Source of the DNA: a virus
Lineage: Duplodnaviria > Caudoviricetes
Direction: 5' to 3' (one strand)
IMG/VR virus record: IMGVR_UViG_3300037468_000175
Coordinates: 1 to 50,853 of that record
Length of the DNA stretch: 50,853 nt
The notes under the pieces are model-generated. The model ran no database searches, was not told where the DNA came from, and saw only the letters and a program-made list of their open reading frames with translations. This document shows, piece by piece, positions 28,667 to 38,007 of this stretch (position 1 is the stretch's first letter; every line of letters begins with the position of its first letter). The translations under genes and the position numbers were made by a program.

Positions 28667-28901
28667 CGAGGAGTTTTACGACCATATCCGAGCCATACCG
28701 GAATATGGTAATGTAATGGCGATATTGCAGGGGATGGCCGAAGAAGGGAATGAGGAGGCATTAACTACCATCGCCCTTATAAACAGTATTATCCCGGCTA
28801 AACCTCCTAAAGGACCGCCTATTGGTAAGCCACAAGTAGTCCCTCGGCCACCCAAACCGGAAGTACTTAAGAAACATATTAAGAAAGACGGCAAGAAATG
28901 A
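28632..28901 (+). CDS. Hypothetical protein
   Basis: ORF overlapping both neighbours. Confidence 0.5.
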   Translation: MESHRECLEAYSEEFYDHIRAIPEYGNVMAILQGMAEEGNEEALTTIALINSIIPAKPPKGPPIGKPQVVPRPPKPEVLKKHIKKDGKK

Positions 28902-29404
28902 CCCCTCAAATCCTCCAATGGTTGCAACGGACTAAACAGCAGGTCGGCCAACCGCACTCTATTTTGGAAGTAGGGTCATTGAACGTAAACGGGAGTGTCC
29001 GGTCGGTGTACGGACAAGCGGAACGGTATGTCGGGATTGATATGCGTGCCGGAAAAGATGTGGACAAAGTAATGAACGGCCACGACATTTTGAAGGAATA
29101 CGGTCCTGGTAGTTTCGAGATGGTAGTGTGTTGCGAGACCCTGGAACACGACGACCAGTTTTGGGTAACGGTGGAGAATATGAGGGAGGTAACAAGTAAG
29201 TGGATGATAATCACCAATCCAGGTACGGCAGTCATCCGGCATAACTACCCGGGGGATTACTACCGTTTCTTTTCTGACGCTTACAAGTACTTCTTTCGGG
29301 GGTTCAATGACGTCTGGATTCAAGAGACTCCGGACAACAACGCCCCAGCCACGACTCAAATCTGCGGAATAGGTCAGAAGATATCACTCCAGACCACACT
29401 CTGA
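28898..29404 (+). CDS. Class I SAM-dependent methyltransferase (Methyltransf_11/23-like)
   Basis: ILEVGS.NVNG, YVGID...G..VD, ETLEHD, H.YP.DY.RF. Confidence 0.85.
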   Translation: MTPQILQWLQRTKQQVGQPHSILEVGSLNVNGSVRSVYGQAERYVGIDMRAGKDVDKVMNGHDILKEYGPGSFEMVVCCETLEHDDQFWVTVENMREVTSKWMIITNPGTAVIRHNYPGDYYRFFSDAYKYFFRGFNDVWIQETPDNNAPATTQICGIGQKISLQTTL

Positions 29405-29441
29405 TAGACAAGTAGTTCCCCAAATAGGTACCTAACACCAA

Positions 29442-30170
29442 TCAATGTTGGTGGTGCTTAATGAACTGGCGTAAGTAGCGTTCCCAACGGGGGAGTGATA
29501 AGCCGGATAGCTCCAAAATAGGCAGAAAGTCACCTAATAATTCCGGTTGGTGGTTGCCAACCATCCAATATAGCCACATAAGCCGTTCCAAGGCGGTCTT
29601 TTTGTCAATTTTATGGGCATATTCACGGAGAGCGTCTTGACTAACCTTAATTCGGCTTAGTAATTCTAAAGGCAGGTATACCTGTCCAATAGTGAAATAA
29701 GCCGTTTTAGAGCCATTGTAGTCAGGAGTTTCTGAGAAAGTACCATTGAAAAATAGACGGGGGCGGTCAGGCACTATCAAATGGGGATTATTGGCATTCT
29801 GGTAGTTTAACTTCCACGTTTTGCGTGAATGGCGGGTGTACACCAAACTACGGTCGGGTGAATATACCAAATCGTGAGGACCTTCCTTGCATTGGCGTAC
29901 CACGTTGGGGTCATAAATGAGAGTATCGGGGTGCAACCGCAAGACTTCCTGGTTAACGGGGAAGTGACGGAGTTGGTGAATGTAATCGGGAGTATTCGGT
30001 TCGCGGATGACCCTTAACCGAGGTAGGGTACGGGTGAAGTGCCAGCCGTCATCAATGACCAGCCACTCATCCACGTAATTAGACCACGCTTTGGCGTAAT
30101 CAAAAAAGGTTGCCTCTAAAGACCGGGAGTGGGTGGTTGTCCCGTAGTGTTTGAAAATAACAAATACAAC
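29442..30170 (-). CDS. Possible divergent glycosyltransferase-like protein
   Basis: VDEWLVIDDG and LHPDTLIYD echo GT-A motifs; start uncertain. Confidence 0.35.
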   Translation of the reverse strand, partial: VVFVIFKHYGTTTHSRSLEATFFDYAKAWSNYVDEWLVIDDGWHFTRTLPRLRVIREPNTPDYIHQLRHFPVNQEVLRLHPDTLIYDPNVVRQCKEGPHDLVYSPDRSLVYTRHSRKTWKLNYQNANNPHLIVPDRPRLFFNGTFSETPDYNGSKTAYFTIGQVYLPLELLSRIKVSQDALREYAHKIDKKTALERLMWLYWMVGNHQPELLGDFLPILELSGLSLPRWERYLRQFIKHHQH

Positions 30171-30318
30171 CATATTGGGTGCTGGCCGGTTGTTCGACGG
30201 TTTGGTTCTTGTAGCATACCGCCTTGCTTTGTCGCAACCTTGCATCTACAAGTGCTTAGTCTTAACGACGTTACCCAGGGTTCAGCTTATCCTGGCACCA
30301 GCAGTTACATTATACATA

Positions 30319-30726
30319 TTAGTCATCAATAGGGAATAAGAGGGAGTGCCATAGGAAAAAGGCGTTATCACCGCCCAAGTTCTGCCACAAGCTTTGGCTG
30401 GTCTCCCTGGCCTTCCGGTAATCCCACCCGTTGGACTGGAGGTGGTCCGGATACTTGACCGAGTTGCGGAGTAGTTTTAGTTCCAGGGCGTCCTCCGGTC
30501 TTATGCCCAGTTCGTCGCACAGCTTTAGAGTTAGATACAAAACGTCCCCTATCTCCCCGACTAGGTGGTACTCGGCGTTTTGGGTGGACTCGAACTCCCT
30601 GGCTGACTTCTCCAGTTCCAGGGCTTCCTCCACTATTTGCTTTATCAGCGTCTCCGGTGAGTCGTTCTCCCGCCACCTTTTCCGGTTGTGGTTTTGGTCG
30701 ATTATCTGCTGGTACTGGTCTTTCAT
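30319..30726 (-). CDS. MazG-like nucleotide pyrophosphohydrolase
   Basis: IVEEALEL...GEIGDVLYL...K...N..KYP; start at MKDQYQQ. Confidence 0.8.
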   Translation of the reverse strand: MKDQYQQIIDQNHNRKRWRENDSPETLIKQIVEEALELEKSAREFESTQNAEYHLVGEIGDVLYLTLKLCDELGIRPEDALELKLLRNSVKYPDHLQSNGWDYRKARETSQSLWQNLGGDNAFFLWHSLLFPIDD

Positions 30727-30904
30727 TATCGTATTGGGGTAAGTATTGGCCTGGCTTGACTCCTGGTGGGGGATAAATAAATCCCCGGTGCAGGCACTTA
30801 GCCACACTCGGAGATTCTATAGCAACAACTTTCCCACGAGTATTGACCATTAAGACTTTGGGTTCAACTGGTACTTTTTGTATCTGTTGTTCCTGTTCCC
30901 ACAT
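30368..30904 (-). CDS. Hypothetical protein; 3' part overlaps the MazG gene in another frame
   Basis: SD GGAGGTG before ATG at 30904. Confidence 0.4.
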   Translation of the reverse strand: MWEQEQQIQKVPVEPKVLMVNTRGKVVAIESPSVAKCLHRGFIYPPPGVKPGQYLPQYDNERPVPADNRPKPQPEKVAGERLTGDADKANSGGSPGTGEVSQGVRVHPKRRVPPSRGDRGRFVSNSKAVRRTGHKTGGRPGTKTTPQLGQVSGPPPVQRVGLPEGQGDQPKLVAELGR

Positions 30905-31295
30905 AACGCACCTCCACTTCCAGGCCATCTTCCTTGGCCGGATAGATTTTATCGGTTTCTAAATGAAAGATTTGTTTATCGTTCTTAATTACCTGGGCGA
31001 ACTCCAGGGTATCAAGCAGAAGTTTATGGGAGGAATCAATATCACGGTTGCGGATAAGATACAGCGTCACCTTAACACTGACTGGAGTTTCAATTAGGGG
31101 TTTTTGTTTCCTAGCACCTCGGATAATAAAGGTTGCCTCTTGTTGCCACGCCTTAGCCGTATTGCGTTTGTAGATATAGGAACGCCCGGTCTTGGTAGAA
31201 AAAGTCCCGTAAGAATGGTTGAGAGTGGGCGGGAGGGGTAATCTAACCCTCAATTCCCCGGGCTTGAGTAAAGACTCGTTGAGTGAGTTCGGCAT
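30864..31295 (-). CDS. rusA: RusA-like Holliday junction resolvase
   Basis: LPLPPTLNH.Y, RDIDS..K.LLD.L....I.NDKQI. Confidence 0.85.
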   Translation of the reverse strand: MPNSLNESLLKPGELRVRLPLPPTLNHSYGTFSTKTGRSYIYKRNTAKAWQQEATFIIRGARKQKPLIETPVSVKVTLYLIRNRDIDSSHKLLLDTLEFAQVIKNDKQIFHLETDKIYPAKEDGLEVEVRYVGTGTTDTKSTS

Positions 31296-31530
31296 CGTAT
31301 TCCATTTTAGTATGGCAAGCTTGACAGCACCCAATCCATTGGTCCAGGTCGGACAAACGGGTAGCTTCCTTGTCATAATACCACGTCCGTTTGTGCCTAT
31401 GCGCTGGCGCGTGTGCCTCACCCATACAGCCAAGTAATCTTGCCTCACACCGTGTTATGCCCAGTTCTCTAGCGGTATCCGCTATCTTGCGTCGGGCGGT
31501 TCGATTGATGGAGGTGCGGTTCACCTCCAA
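31243..31530 (-). CDS. HNH/NinG-like zinc-binding nuclease
   Basis: CE.R..GC....AHRH...C..CH. Confidence 0.6.
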   Translation of the reverse strand: MEVNRTSINRTARRKIADTARELGITRCEARLLGCMGEAHAPAHRHKRTWYYDKEATRLSDLDQWIGCCQACHTKMEYDAELTQRVFTQARGIEG

Positions 31531-31536
31531 AGTATA

Positions 31537-31881
31537 TCATTCAACTTTTCGGCTTAGTACGTCAAAGTAATGGTACGGGTTGCCACCACTTTGGGAGGGT
31601 TTCTTACCCCCGTAAGCGATATAGACCGAGTACCCAAGGGGAATACTCTTGAATACGTCGTTAAGCATTATTGACCCCCAGAAGCGGTGGGTATTCCCGT
31701 CTTCCGTCTTAACGTGGTAGACGTTCTGGTCCTTCCGCAGACCTTGGTTCTCCTCTTTAAGGGTGTATATCCCCTCCAAGATGGGTTCGGTTTCCCAATC
31801 GTGCATATCGCCTCCTGACATTTGAGCAGTATGTAACGTATAACCTTTGGCCTCCAATTCGGCCAAGTCTTTGGTGTCCAT
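31537..31881 (-). CDS. Putative ssDNA-binding (OB-fold) protein
   Basis: W......EG.Y, FWGS..L, V.I.Y.G.K; next to the exonuclease; SD AAGGAGG. Confidence 0.55.
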   Translation of the reverse strand: MDTKDLAELEAKGYTLHTAQMSGGDMHDWETEPILEGIYTLKEENQGLRKDQNVYHVKTEDGNTHRFWGSIMLNDVFKSIPLGYSVYIAYGGKKPSQSGGNPYHYFDVLSRKVE

Positions 31882-31890
31882 AAGACCTCC

Positions 31891-32556
31891 TTACTTAAAA
31901 TAACCTACTTTGTATAACTTCTCGGTGTTCTGCCATTCCCACAGTTTCTTAGCAGCTAGGAAATAGTCGAACTTGTCCTTGCCGTACTCGAACTTGTAGG
32001 TACCATCCTCACCGAGCAGGACTACCGCTATTTTATCGGCCTTGATATCGTCTCCGTGCCAATAGGCACTGGTTTGAAGCCACGCCTCGTCATAAATCCC
32101 CTTGCCCGTCTTAACATCAACCAAGATAGTTTCCTTATCCCGATTACTGACGAGCAAATCCAATGTTCCGGCGTAGCGGTGGGCCTTGTTGACGACGGTC
32201 TTTTCGTGTTCCTGTACCCGAATATCAAAGTCCGAGACCCATTGTTTGAAAGCCCTGGCATATCCCTTATATGGTTCAACCACATCTTCAAGAATAATGC
32301 CTGTCGTTTTGTACGACTCAACAATCGAGTGAACGGTACTGCCCCGGGTAAGGGCCTTGTCACTCGTTTTGTAGGGGGCAGATAAAGCTTCTTTCTCTCC
32401 CAGGGTGGGGTCTTTGACCATCGCTAGGTACACCTCACGGCCATACCAGTAACGCAGTTGCGGTTTGTCAATAATGCCAAGTACGTTAGTTACCGATACA
32501 AAGGGTTCACCACTTAACCAATAAAAGCCACCGCGTCTATTTTTTCTATCATCCAT
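31891..32556 (-). CDS. PD-(D/E)XK exonuclease (RecB/Cas4-like)
   Basis: SVT.VL..IDKP.L..W, RGS.VH, YAGTLDL, DVKTG, Q..AY. Confidence 0.85.
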   Translation of the reverse strand: MDDRKNRRGGFYWLSGEPFVSVTNVLGIIDKPQLRYWYGREVYLAMVKDPTLGEKEALSAPYKTSDKALTRGSTVHSIVESYKTTGIILEDVVEPYKGYARAFKQWVSDFDIRVQEHEKTVVNKAHRYAGTLDLLVSNRDKETILVDVKTGKGIYDEAWLQTSAYWHGDDIKADKIAVVLLGEDGTYKFEYGKDKFDYFLAAKKLWEWQNTEKLYKVGYFK

Positions 32557-32602
32557 TTGTGAATCACCTCCCTCCTATAATCATTATATTACAAACTGGT
32601 CA

Positions 32603-33016
32603 TTAGTATACAAGTAACTCAAGTACACTTTGTATCCACGGGTCGTCATACATCATTTCTAATTGTTTCAGTTTCTCCTCATAATCGGGATGGTTGGGGT
32701 TGTCATTCAACCACATCTCCAGTTGCTTGATACCGTCTTGTTTGGGCGGTGATTCCACTTTCGGCTGGAGTTTCACCAGCCGTCTCCGGCGCACCTCTTT
32801 GAAGATGTCGGCGAAACCAATAGCCAATTCTTCTATCTCTTTCCGGCTTCCGGCAATACGGACAAATTGTTCTACGGCATCATCACAGAAACCAATAACA
32901 AAATCCTTCCCCGGATACGGGTCATATATCAAGTCCTCGGGGTAATTCTCCGGATATGGCTCGGTCTTAATCGGGTAGTCTAAAAGAAAGTGGACAACCT
33001 CGCTTATTTCTCCCAT
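32603..33016 (-). CDS. Hypothetical replication-associated protein
   Basis: Coupled to the DnaB gene. Confidence 0.5.
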   Translation of the reverse strand: MGEISEVVHFLLDYPIKTEPYPENYPEDLIYDPYPGKDFVIGFCDDAVEQFVRIAGSRKEIEELAIGFADIFKEVRRRRLVKLQPKVESPPKQDGIKQLEMWLNDNPNHPDYEEKLKQLEMMYDDPWIQSVLELLVY

Positions 33017-34278
33017 TTTTCGCCACTGGCATCCTTAATTATTCCGTTGGCAAATAGTACTCGGGTTTGAACGTCTCCAATTGGTCCATTTCGGTTCTTC
33101 CCCACGACTAACGTGCGTCTATTGTCATCGTATTCCTTGGTGACCGTTTTGAATACAATGGCAACGTCTGCGGCATTCTCTAAGTTACCGCTACCCTTGA
33201 AACCGAATACTTTGTCCGATTCATTTTGTACGTACGAACGGGATAATTGGGAGAGGGCGAGAATGAATATATGGTTGTCCACCGCCATCCGTTGCAAGTC
33301 CCTAATAATCACGTTCAAGCTGTCATATTCCGCAGGGCTTTTCTCGACCACGATATTCTGGACATAATCCACGATGACTGCGTCAACCTTGTGGGCGAAG
33401 ATGTGGTACAGGATGGCCAGCTTCGCTTCCGACCAAGTAGTCATATTGTCAACGATATAGAGGGATTTGGTTTTAAGGGTCTTGACCCGGTCTTGGAATA
33501 GGGCTTCCTCCTCCTTACTCAACCCCTTACCAATCTTCAATGCCTCGATGGTGAGGTTGGGGCTTTCAAGGTGGGAAGCCGTTAACCGCCATAGGAGTTC
33601 TTGGCCGGACATCTCGAACGAGAGCCAAAGTAACCGTTTCTTGGCGAGTAAGAATTGTTTAGCTGCCATCACTCCGAGCCAGGACTTGCCGACCGAAGTG
33701 TACCCGCCAATAATCCATAAATGGTTCGGTTGCATTCCCCTGGTAATGAAGTCGAGCTTCTGGAGTCCAGTCCTGACCCCGAATAGTTCCTTGCCGTAAT
33801 AGAGTTTGTCCCGGTCCTCCATCATTTTGTCAAAAAAGTATTCGGCCTTGGTTTCGACAGTCCGGCCCTGGAGTTTAGAGAGGTAGGAGATAAGGTCAAC
33901 CAGGTGGCGTTTGGGGTCGGTCTTGGTGTCGTTAGTCACCTGCGCCCCTTTGGTGTGGAGTTTTTGTAACCTGGCTAACAAAGTCCGGTCCTTGATATAG
34001 TTGATGGCCTCGTCAATTTTGGTAGGCGAATAGACTTGGTTCCAGGTATCGAGAATAGCGTTATGGGGGACTCCGGCTAAGTTGACCGCGTCTATCAAAT
34101 CAATCTGGTCAATCTTGTTATTCTTAGCCGACTCCAGGATGGCCTCGAAAGCCAGTCGCCATTGGCGGTCGTTAAAGTCGCTCGCTTGCAGGGCGTAAAT
34201 CACACGGTGCAAAACATCTTCGGGGTAAAGTAACACGGACCTCAAAACTCGGCCCTCATAATCGGCTCGGCGTGGCAT
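33004..34278 (-). CDS. dnaB: DnaB-like replicative helicase
   Basis: TG..KLD....G, GGYTSVGKS, SFEMS, VDYVQ, LSQLSR, GSG.LE..AD, KNRNGP.G. Confidence 0.92.
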   Translation of the reverse strand: MPRRADYEGRVLRSVLLYPEDVLHRVIYALQASDFNDRQWRLAFEAILESAKNNKIDQIDLIDAVNLAGVPHNAILDTWNQVYSPTKIDEAINYIKDRTLLARLQKLHTKGAQVTNDTKTDPKRHLVDLISYLSKLQGRTVETKAEYFFDKMMEDRDKLYYGKELFGVRTGLQKLDFITRGMQPNHLWIIGGYTSVGKSWLGVMAAKQFLLAKKRLLWLSFEMSGQELLWRLTASHLESPNLTIEALKIGKGLSKEEEALFQDRVKTLKTKSLYIVDNMTTWSEAKLAILYHIFAHKVDAVIVDYVQNIVVEKSPAEYDSLNVIIRDLQRMAVDNHIFILALSQLSRSYVQNESDKVFGFKGSGNLENAADVAIVFKTVTKEYDDNRRTLVVGKNRNGPIGDVQTRVLFANGIIKDASGEKWEK

Positions 34279-34339
34279 TGTTCCCTCCTTACAGCAGTTA
34301 TAATAAACTTATAACATAACTAGGAAGTGAGTAAACTAC

Positions 34340-34615
34340 CTCGTTCCGGTTCTCGGTACTGCGTGCCGGAGTATTCCCCTTAAAGGCGGTAATGCCTTGG
34401 AAGTTGGTTGCATTCCGGTATGTATTCCTATTAAAGGAAGGTAGTTACTGCGTTCCGGAACACCATCCCTATAACTTGGGTATTACCCCCACCCTTCCCT
34501 CGGTATTCCCGGTGTTTGTATTGTATATGTACATCATAACCTCGTTATGATATTGTGGAAAAGGCCCGCGGGCCGTAATGTAACCAATAATCCGTTACTT
34601 TAATTATTATATTAT
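34340..34615. other. Putative replication origin / regulatory region
   Basis: Non-coding; repeated TTCCGG/TATTCC; TACTGCGTKCCGGA twice; palindromes at 34533-34551 and 34563-34574; AT-rich end; adjacent to dnaB. Confidence 0.35.
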
Positions 34616-34853
34616 TGCGTGGTATCTTTTTTGAAATCTCCCCGAGTAGCCCCAAAATCTATTCGCCTTTTTCAGATTTTGAATTATTATATGCATTTTT
34701 CGGGGTATCATATTATAACTATCATAATCATAGGGTATCAGATTTTGGCGTAGAATATAACTTACTGTATCATCATTTTTAGCCATCAAAAACCGCCTTA
34801 CAGAATAGCTGTCCAGTGCCATTCTTTGGGGCGGTTAGAAGGGAAGTAAGCGC

Positions 34854-34892
34854 AAGTTATCACATTGACACAAGTGCGTCAAGGTATACAAT
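34854..34892. promoter_or_regulatory. Overlapping divergent promoters with a palindromic operator
   Basis: + TTGACA-16-TACAAT; - TTGACG-17-TAACTT; TTGACACAAGTGCGTCAA is nearly palindromic. Confidence 0.6.
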
Positions 34893-34901
34893 GGCACTAT
34901 T

Positions 34902-35075
34902 ATGAAACGGGTTTGTTTGTACATTCCAGAGGAAGAATACCTTGCGTTGCGGAGTTACCTGATTTTAGATAAGATGGCAGTATCCGAATGGATGCGGAGA
35001 CGGGTCAGGTCTTATATCGAAAGAAAGGAACGAAACAATGGAGGTCTACGGCAGGTGGCATCAACTCAAAACTAG
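34902..35075 (+). CDS. Ribbon-helix-helix (Arc/CopG-like) regulator, 57 aa, probably leaderless
   Basis: MKRVCLYIPEEEYLALR...MAVSEWMRRRVRSYI pattern; not in ORF track. Confidence 0.7.
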   Translation: MKRVCLYIPEEEYLALRSYLILDKMAVSEWMRRRVRSYIERKERNNGGLRQVASTQN

Positions 35076-35226
35076 GTGCCAGCGGTGTGGCCGGCCTCGT
35101 GACCGCGTCTATGTAGTCAATGATGGCCCTACTACGGGCATCTTTTGTGGCTTATTTTGTTACCAATCAGCTAGAAAGGAAATGGACAATGCCAAAACCG
35201 AAAAGATACACGCTGACCAACGATGA
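35038..35226 (+). CDS. Small zinc-finger protein
   Basis: CxxC...FCxxxC. Confidence 0.55.
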   Translation: MEVYGRWHQLKTRCQRCGRPRDRVYVVNDGPTTGIFCGLFCYQSARKEMDNAKTEKIHADQR

Positions 35227-35461
35227 GTTCCTTTACGTCTCCGAACGTGACAGTTTTATCGTCTTAAATGACACCCTAATTAAGAGGTATATTACGGCCA
35301 AGGTCTTAAAGCGCCTCAACATTAACCCTGCCGGTAAGCTAATCAAGTTTATAGACAACAAGCAGGCCATTACGGTCGAGGATGACCTTAATGCGAAGCT
35401 TTCTCCCGCAAGTGAGGATACAAAGACTCCTGGTTCAACTCCCCCGCCTGAGCCAAAATAA
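35189..35461 (+). CDS. Hypothetical protein
   Basis: SD AAGGA; start MPKPK. Confidence 0.5.
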   Translation: MPKPKRYTLTNDEFLYVSERDSFIVLNDTLIKRYITAKVLKRLNINPAGKLIKFIDNKQAITVEDDLNAKLSPASEDTKTPGSTPPPEPK

Positions 35462-35921
35462 ACTTGACGGCGTGGACGGCAGCTACAGAATGACCGCCAA
35501 TATGCCAGTTACGAATCTCCTCTACTGGTAGACCGCTACTCCCATTGTAATTTACCCCATCTTTATAGTTGTAGATGGTAAAGGGAACTCCTTGGAACTT
35601 TAAGTCCCATTCGGCGTCCACCTTATAGTCATCGGTTTGGCCTTCCGGTTGGCCGAAGACTTTGACTAAGGTGGCGTAAGGGATATCAATAGACCCCTGG
35701 AGGCAGGTTGCCCCGGTTTCGTCATCAGTCGCTTTAGTAAACATAGTCACCTCCTTTCCCAAGTAACGCCCCATAAAATTACCCCGAAGGTAGTACTTCT
35801 CGTTGGTGGTATAGATAATCCGTTTGAGTTCCCGCATCAACGCCCCGAGCTTGGCCTCGTTCTTATAGGCACGAACCAAGACCGAGCGTAGTTGCTGGTT
35901 CACGGATTGGTCGTTACTCAT
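35388..35921 (-). CDS. Hypothetical protein (strong internal start at 35744)
   Basis: CLQG.I...Y..LV..FG.P....DDYKVDAEW...FTIYNYK...WHIGG looks like a conserved phage family. Confidence 0.6.
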   Translation of the reverse strand: MSNDQSVNQQLRSVLVRAYKNEAKLGALMRELKRIIYTTNEKYYLRGNFMGRYLGKEVTMFTKATDDETGATCLQGSIDIPYATLVKVFGQPEGQTDDYKVDAEWDLKFQGVPFTIYNYKDGVNYNGSSGLPVEEIRNWHIGGHSVAAVHAVKFILAQAGELNQESLYPHLREKASH

Positions 35922-36267
35922 TTTGACTCCGTGCCTGCTCGTAAATCCGTTCGAGCAAGATTACCTGCTTTTGTAGGTTAAACTCAATGGCTTTCAGTAA
36001 GGCGATAGACGTATTGACGGTGTCCAGGGCGGTAGGTTCTTCGGTGACCGTCTTTTTGCTAGGCCGGTATTTGTCATTGAACTCCTGTATAAGTTGGCGA
36101 TATTTGGTTTCGTCGCCACCCGCTTCAATAACGAGGCGGATAGTTTGAATCCCCCGGCCAGTTGCCTGGCGAATCATTGGGGTTTTCAAACCATTCTCGT
36201 GGAGTAACCAGATTAAAGCAATGTCCTCTTTGGACAAATGTTTGTGTTTATTATTCGTAGGTATCAC
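35914..36267 (-). CDS. HTH DNA-binding protein
   Basis: KHLS.ED...I..L...G....I....GR...TI (IS30/HTH_38-like). Confidence 0.6.
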   Translation of the reverse strand: MIPTNNKHKHLSKEDIALIWLLHENGLKTPMIRQATGRGIQTIRLVIEAGGDETKYRQLIQEFNDKYRPSKKTVTEEPTALDTVNTSIALLKAIEFNLQKQVILLERIYEQARSQNE

Positions 36268-36701
36268 CCCCTTTCAAGTTGTTCACGGCATTCTTCTTTA
36301 GTGCCGTGATAAATGTTGAATTGGTCAGAAGCGGTAATGACGGCCATAAACCCCTCGTAGTCACGGGCGTTCTTGGGGATATCTACCTCAAAGCGGTGTA
36401 CCACTTTCAAATCTACGTTGTCCAGTTTCTTGAATTGGGAGATTACGTACTCCAGTTGGCTATCAATCTCGATTTGGAGGGAGAGCAGGGTGGTCCTAAT
36501 GCCGGTGGCAATAACGGTTTTGTTACCGGAAGGGAAGCGGAAACGGAAACGGGCGTGGTAGTCCCTCCGGCCTTCCAGGAATACCGCCCCAAAGACGTTG
36601 AAATCAAACTCTTTGGCTTCGTAGTCTCGAACAAAAATACTCACGGGTTTGGTTTTCTCAAAGTCTATCTCCTCACCCAAGAAAACAATTTTGTCATTCA
36701 T
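36264..36701 (-). CDS. Hypothetical protein
   Basis: SD GGAGGG before MNDK. Confidence 0.55.
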   Translation of the reverse strand: MNDKIVFLGEEIDFEKTKPVSIFVRDYEAKEFDFNVFGAVFLEGRRDYHARFRFRFPSGNKTVIATGIRTTLLSLQIEIDSQLEYVISQFKKLDNVDLKVVHRFEVDIPKNARDYEGFMAVITASDQFNIYHGTKEECREQLERG

Positions 36702-36756
36702 AATTCCCTCCGGAGGAGGTTGGGCTTCTGCGCCAACCCCCACCCGGAAGCAACTA

Positions 36757-37041
36757 TCAGTCGAGGCAGGTCATATAGGCGTTGCTATCCTGGTCAGCAA
36801 CGAAGTACCGGATACGGTCGAAATCAGCCACCTTGATTTTGTGGTCGTTTCTTTCATAAGCATTGTTGGTGGAATACACCCATTGGATTAGGTAGGCAAT
36901 AAGGGGTGTAGTTTCGCAGTCGCCGAAGCCAAAGCGATTATAGGCAGTCACCTTGTCGGTGCGGTCTATCAATTCCTCATAAGGAATACCAACACGCTTG
37001 AATGTATTGATGACGGATGGTTTAATGGTCGTAAGTCTCAC
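36757..37041 (-). CDS. Hypothetical protein
   Basis: NRF.......TPL...DFDR.RYF....D..AYM..LD; start near SD AAGGAGGTGA. Confidence 0.55.
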   Translation of the reverse strand: MRLTTIKPSVINTFKRVGIPYEELIDRTDKVTAYNRFGFGDCETTPLIAYLIQWVYSTNNAYERNDHKIKVADFDRIRYFVADQDSNAYMTCLD

Positions 37042-37120
37042 CTCCTTTCTTAAAGTGCTAGAGGGGTAATTCCCTCTGGTGGTGCGGTGTAGGACATTAC
37101 CCCGCACCTCCCAGAAGCAA

Positions 37121-37354
37121 TTATGCTGTTGGCATTTTTGCACTGACCTCGTACCGAACGTCTTTAGGGTGGCCTTCGTAGTAATCGTCTTCAGCATCGT
37201 GGACCATTATCAAGAGATTGCCTAACGCCCTAGCCCGTTGTGTCGGAGTAGCGGTGCGCCAATCTTCGGGATAATAATATCGGCTGACGATGCGTCCAGT
37301 ATCAGTGTAAGCAACGCTGACCTGTACGAGTTTGTGGTAGTCCTCTAGGGACAA
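37121..37354 (-). CDS. Hypothetical protein
   Basis: ORF with upstream AAGGAGGTGA; start uncertain. Confidence 0.45.
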   Translation of the reverse strand: MSLEDYHKLVQVSVAYTDTGRIVSRYYYPEDWRTATPTQRARALGNLLIMVHDAEDDYYEGHPKDVRYEVSAKMPTA

Positions 37355-37456
37355 ACCTTGGAGTTTAGCGTGTTTCGTAGGTGTTCACCTCCTTTTAAGC
37401 AAAAATCCCGGGTAAGAACGTATGCGCTATCTTAACCGGACTATTACTATAGGGGG

Positions 37457-37526
37457 ATTATACCATATTAGGGTACAAAGTAAACAATGACCCCATAGTA
37501 TACAAGTACCCAAGATATGGTAAAAT
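37457..37526. promoter_or_regulatory. Twin divergent extended -10 promoters
   Basis: - strand GTACCCTAATATGGTATAAT; + strand GTACCCAAGATATGGTAAAAT. Confidence 0.6.
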
Positions 37527-37535
37527 GGCCCTAAT

Positions 37536-37862
37536 ATGAAATCCTACGTCACCCTAGAAACTTGTAGAATCTGCGGTGGCGATACAGGTACATTATTCCT
37601 AGACAGGCGGTTACGGGAACAGTTCGAGATGCACACCTCTTTTCCGGCTTCACTCTGCGACAAGTGCCGGAAAAAGTACCTCACTTTGGGGGTATTATTA
37701 GTTAACCCAAAGTCCGGTGATTTGGTAGTCCTCAAGAACGAGGCGTTCAAAAGAATATTCGGTAAGGAATTGCCTAAGCAACGGATTGCTTACTGCGACC
37801 AAGAGGTGATTGACCAATTAAACCGGGGGGCGAATGAAACAGCGCAAGTGTCCGATTTGTAA
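37536..37862 (+). CDS. Zinc-ribbon hypothetical protein
   Basis: CxxC...CxxC. Confidence 0.6.
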   Translation: MKSYVTLETCRICGGDTGTLFLDRRLREQFEMHTSFPASLCDKCRKKYLTLGVLLVNPKSGDLVVLKNEAFKRIFGKELPKQRIAYCDQEVIDQLNRGANETAQVSDL

Positions 37863-37995
37863 GAAATCTTACAAGAACCACCCTGCCTTGAGCCGGAAGG
37901 ACAACAAGACCGAGATATGCCCCGAATGCGGTCAGCGGGAGGCGTTCGATATCTTTTATGAGGACTTTCGCAAGCGTCACAGTTTTACTAATTAG
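37834..37995 (+). CDS. Small zinc-ribbon protein (53 aa, not in ORF track)
   Basis: CPIC...PALSR.DN.T.ICPECG..EA resembles a common phage family. Confidence 0.65.
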   Translation: MKQRKCPICKKSYKNHPALSRKDNKTEICPECGQREAFDIFYEDFRKRHSFTN

Positions 37996-38007
37996 TCAGG
38001 AGGTTTT

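Noticed and set aside
31891-32556. Cas4 as the acquisition module for the array
   Set aside because: Lacks the Fe-S cysteines and sits with SSB and RusA as an ordinary recombination exonuclease
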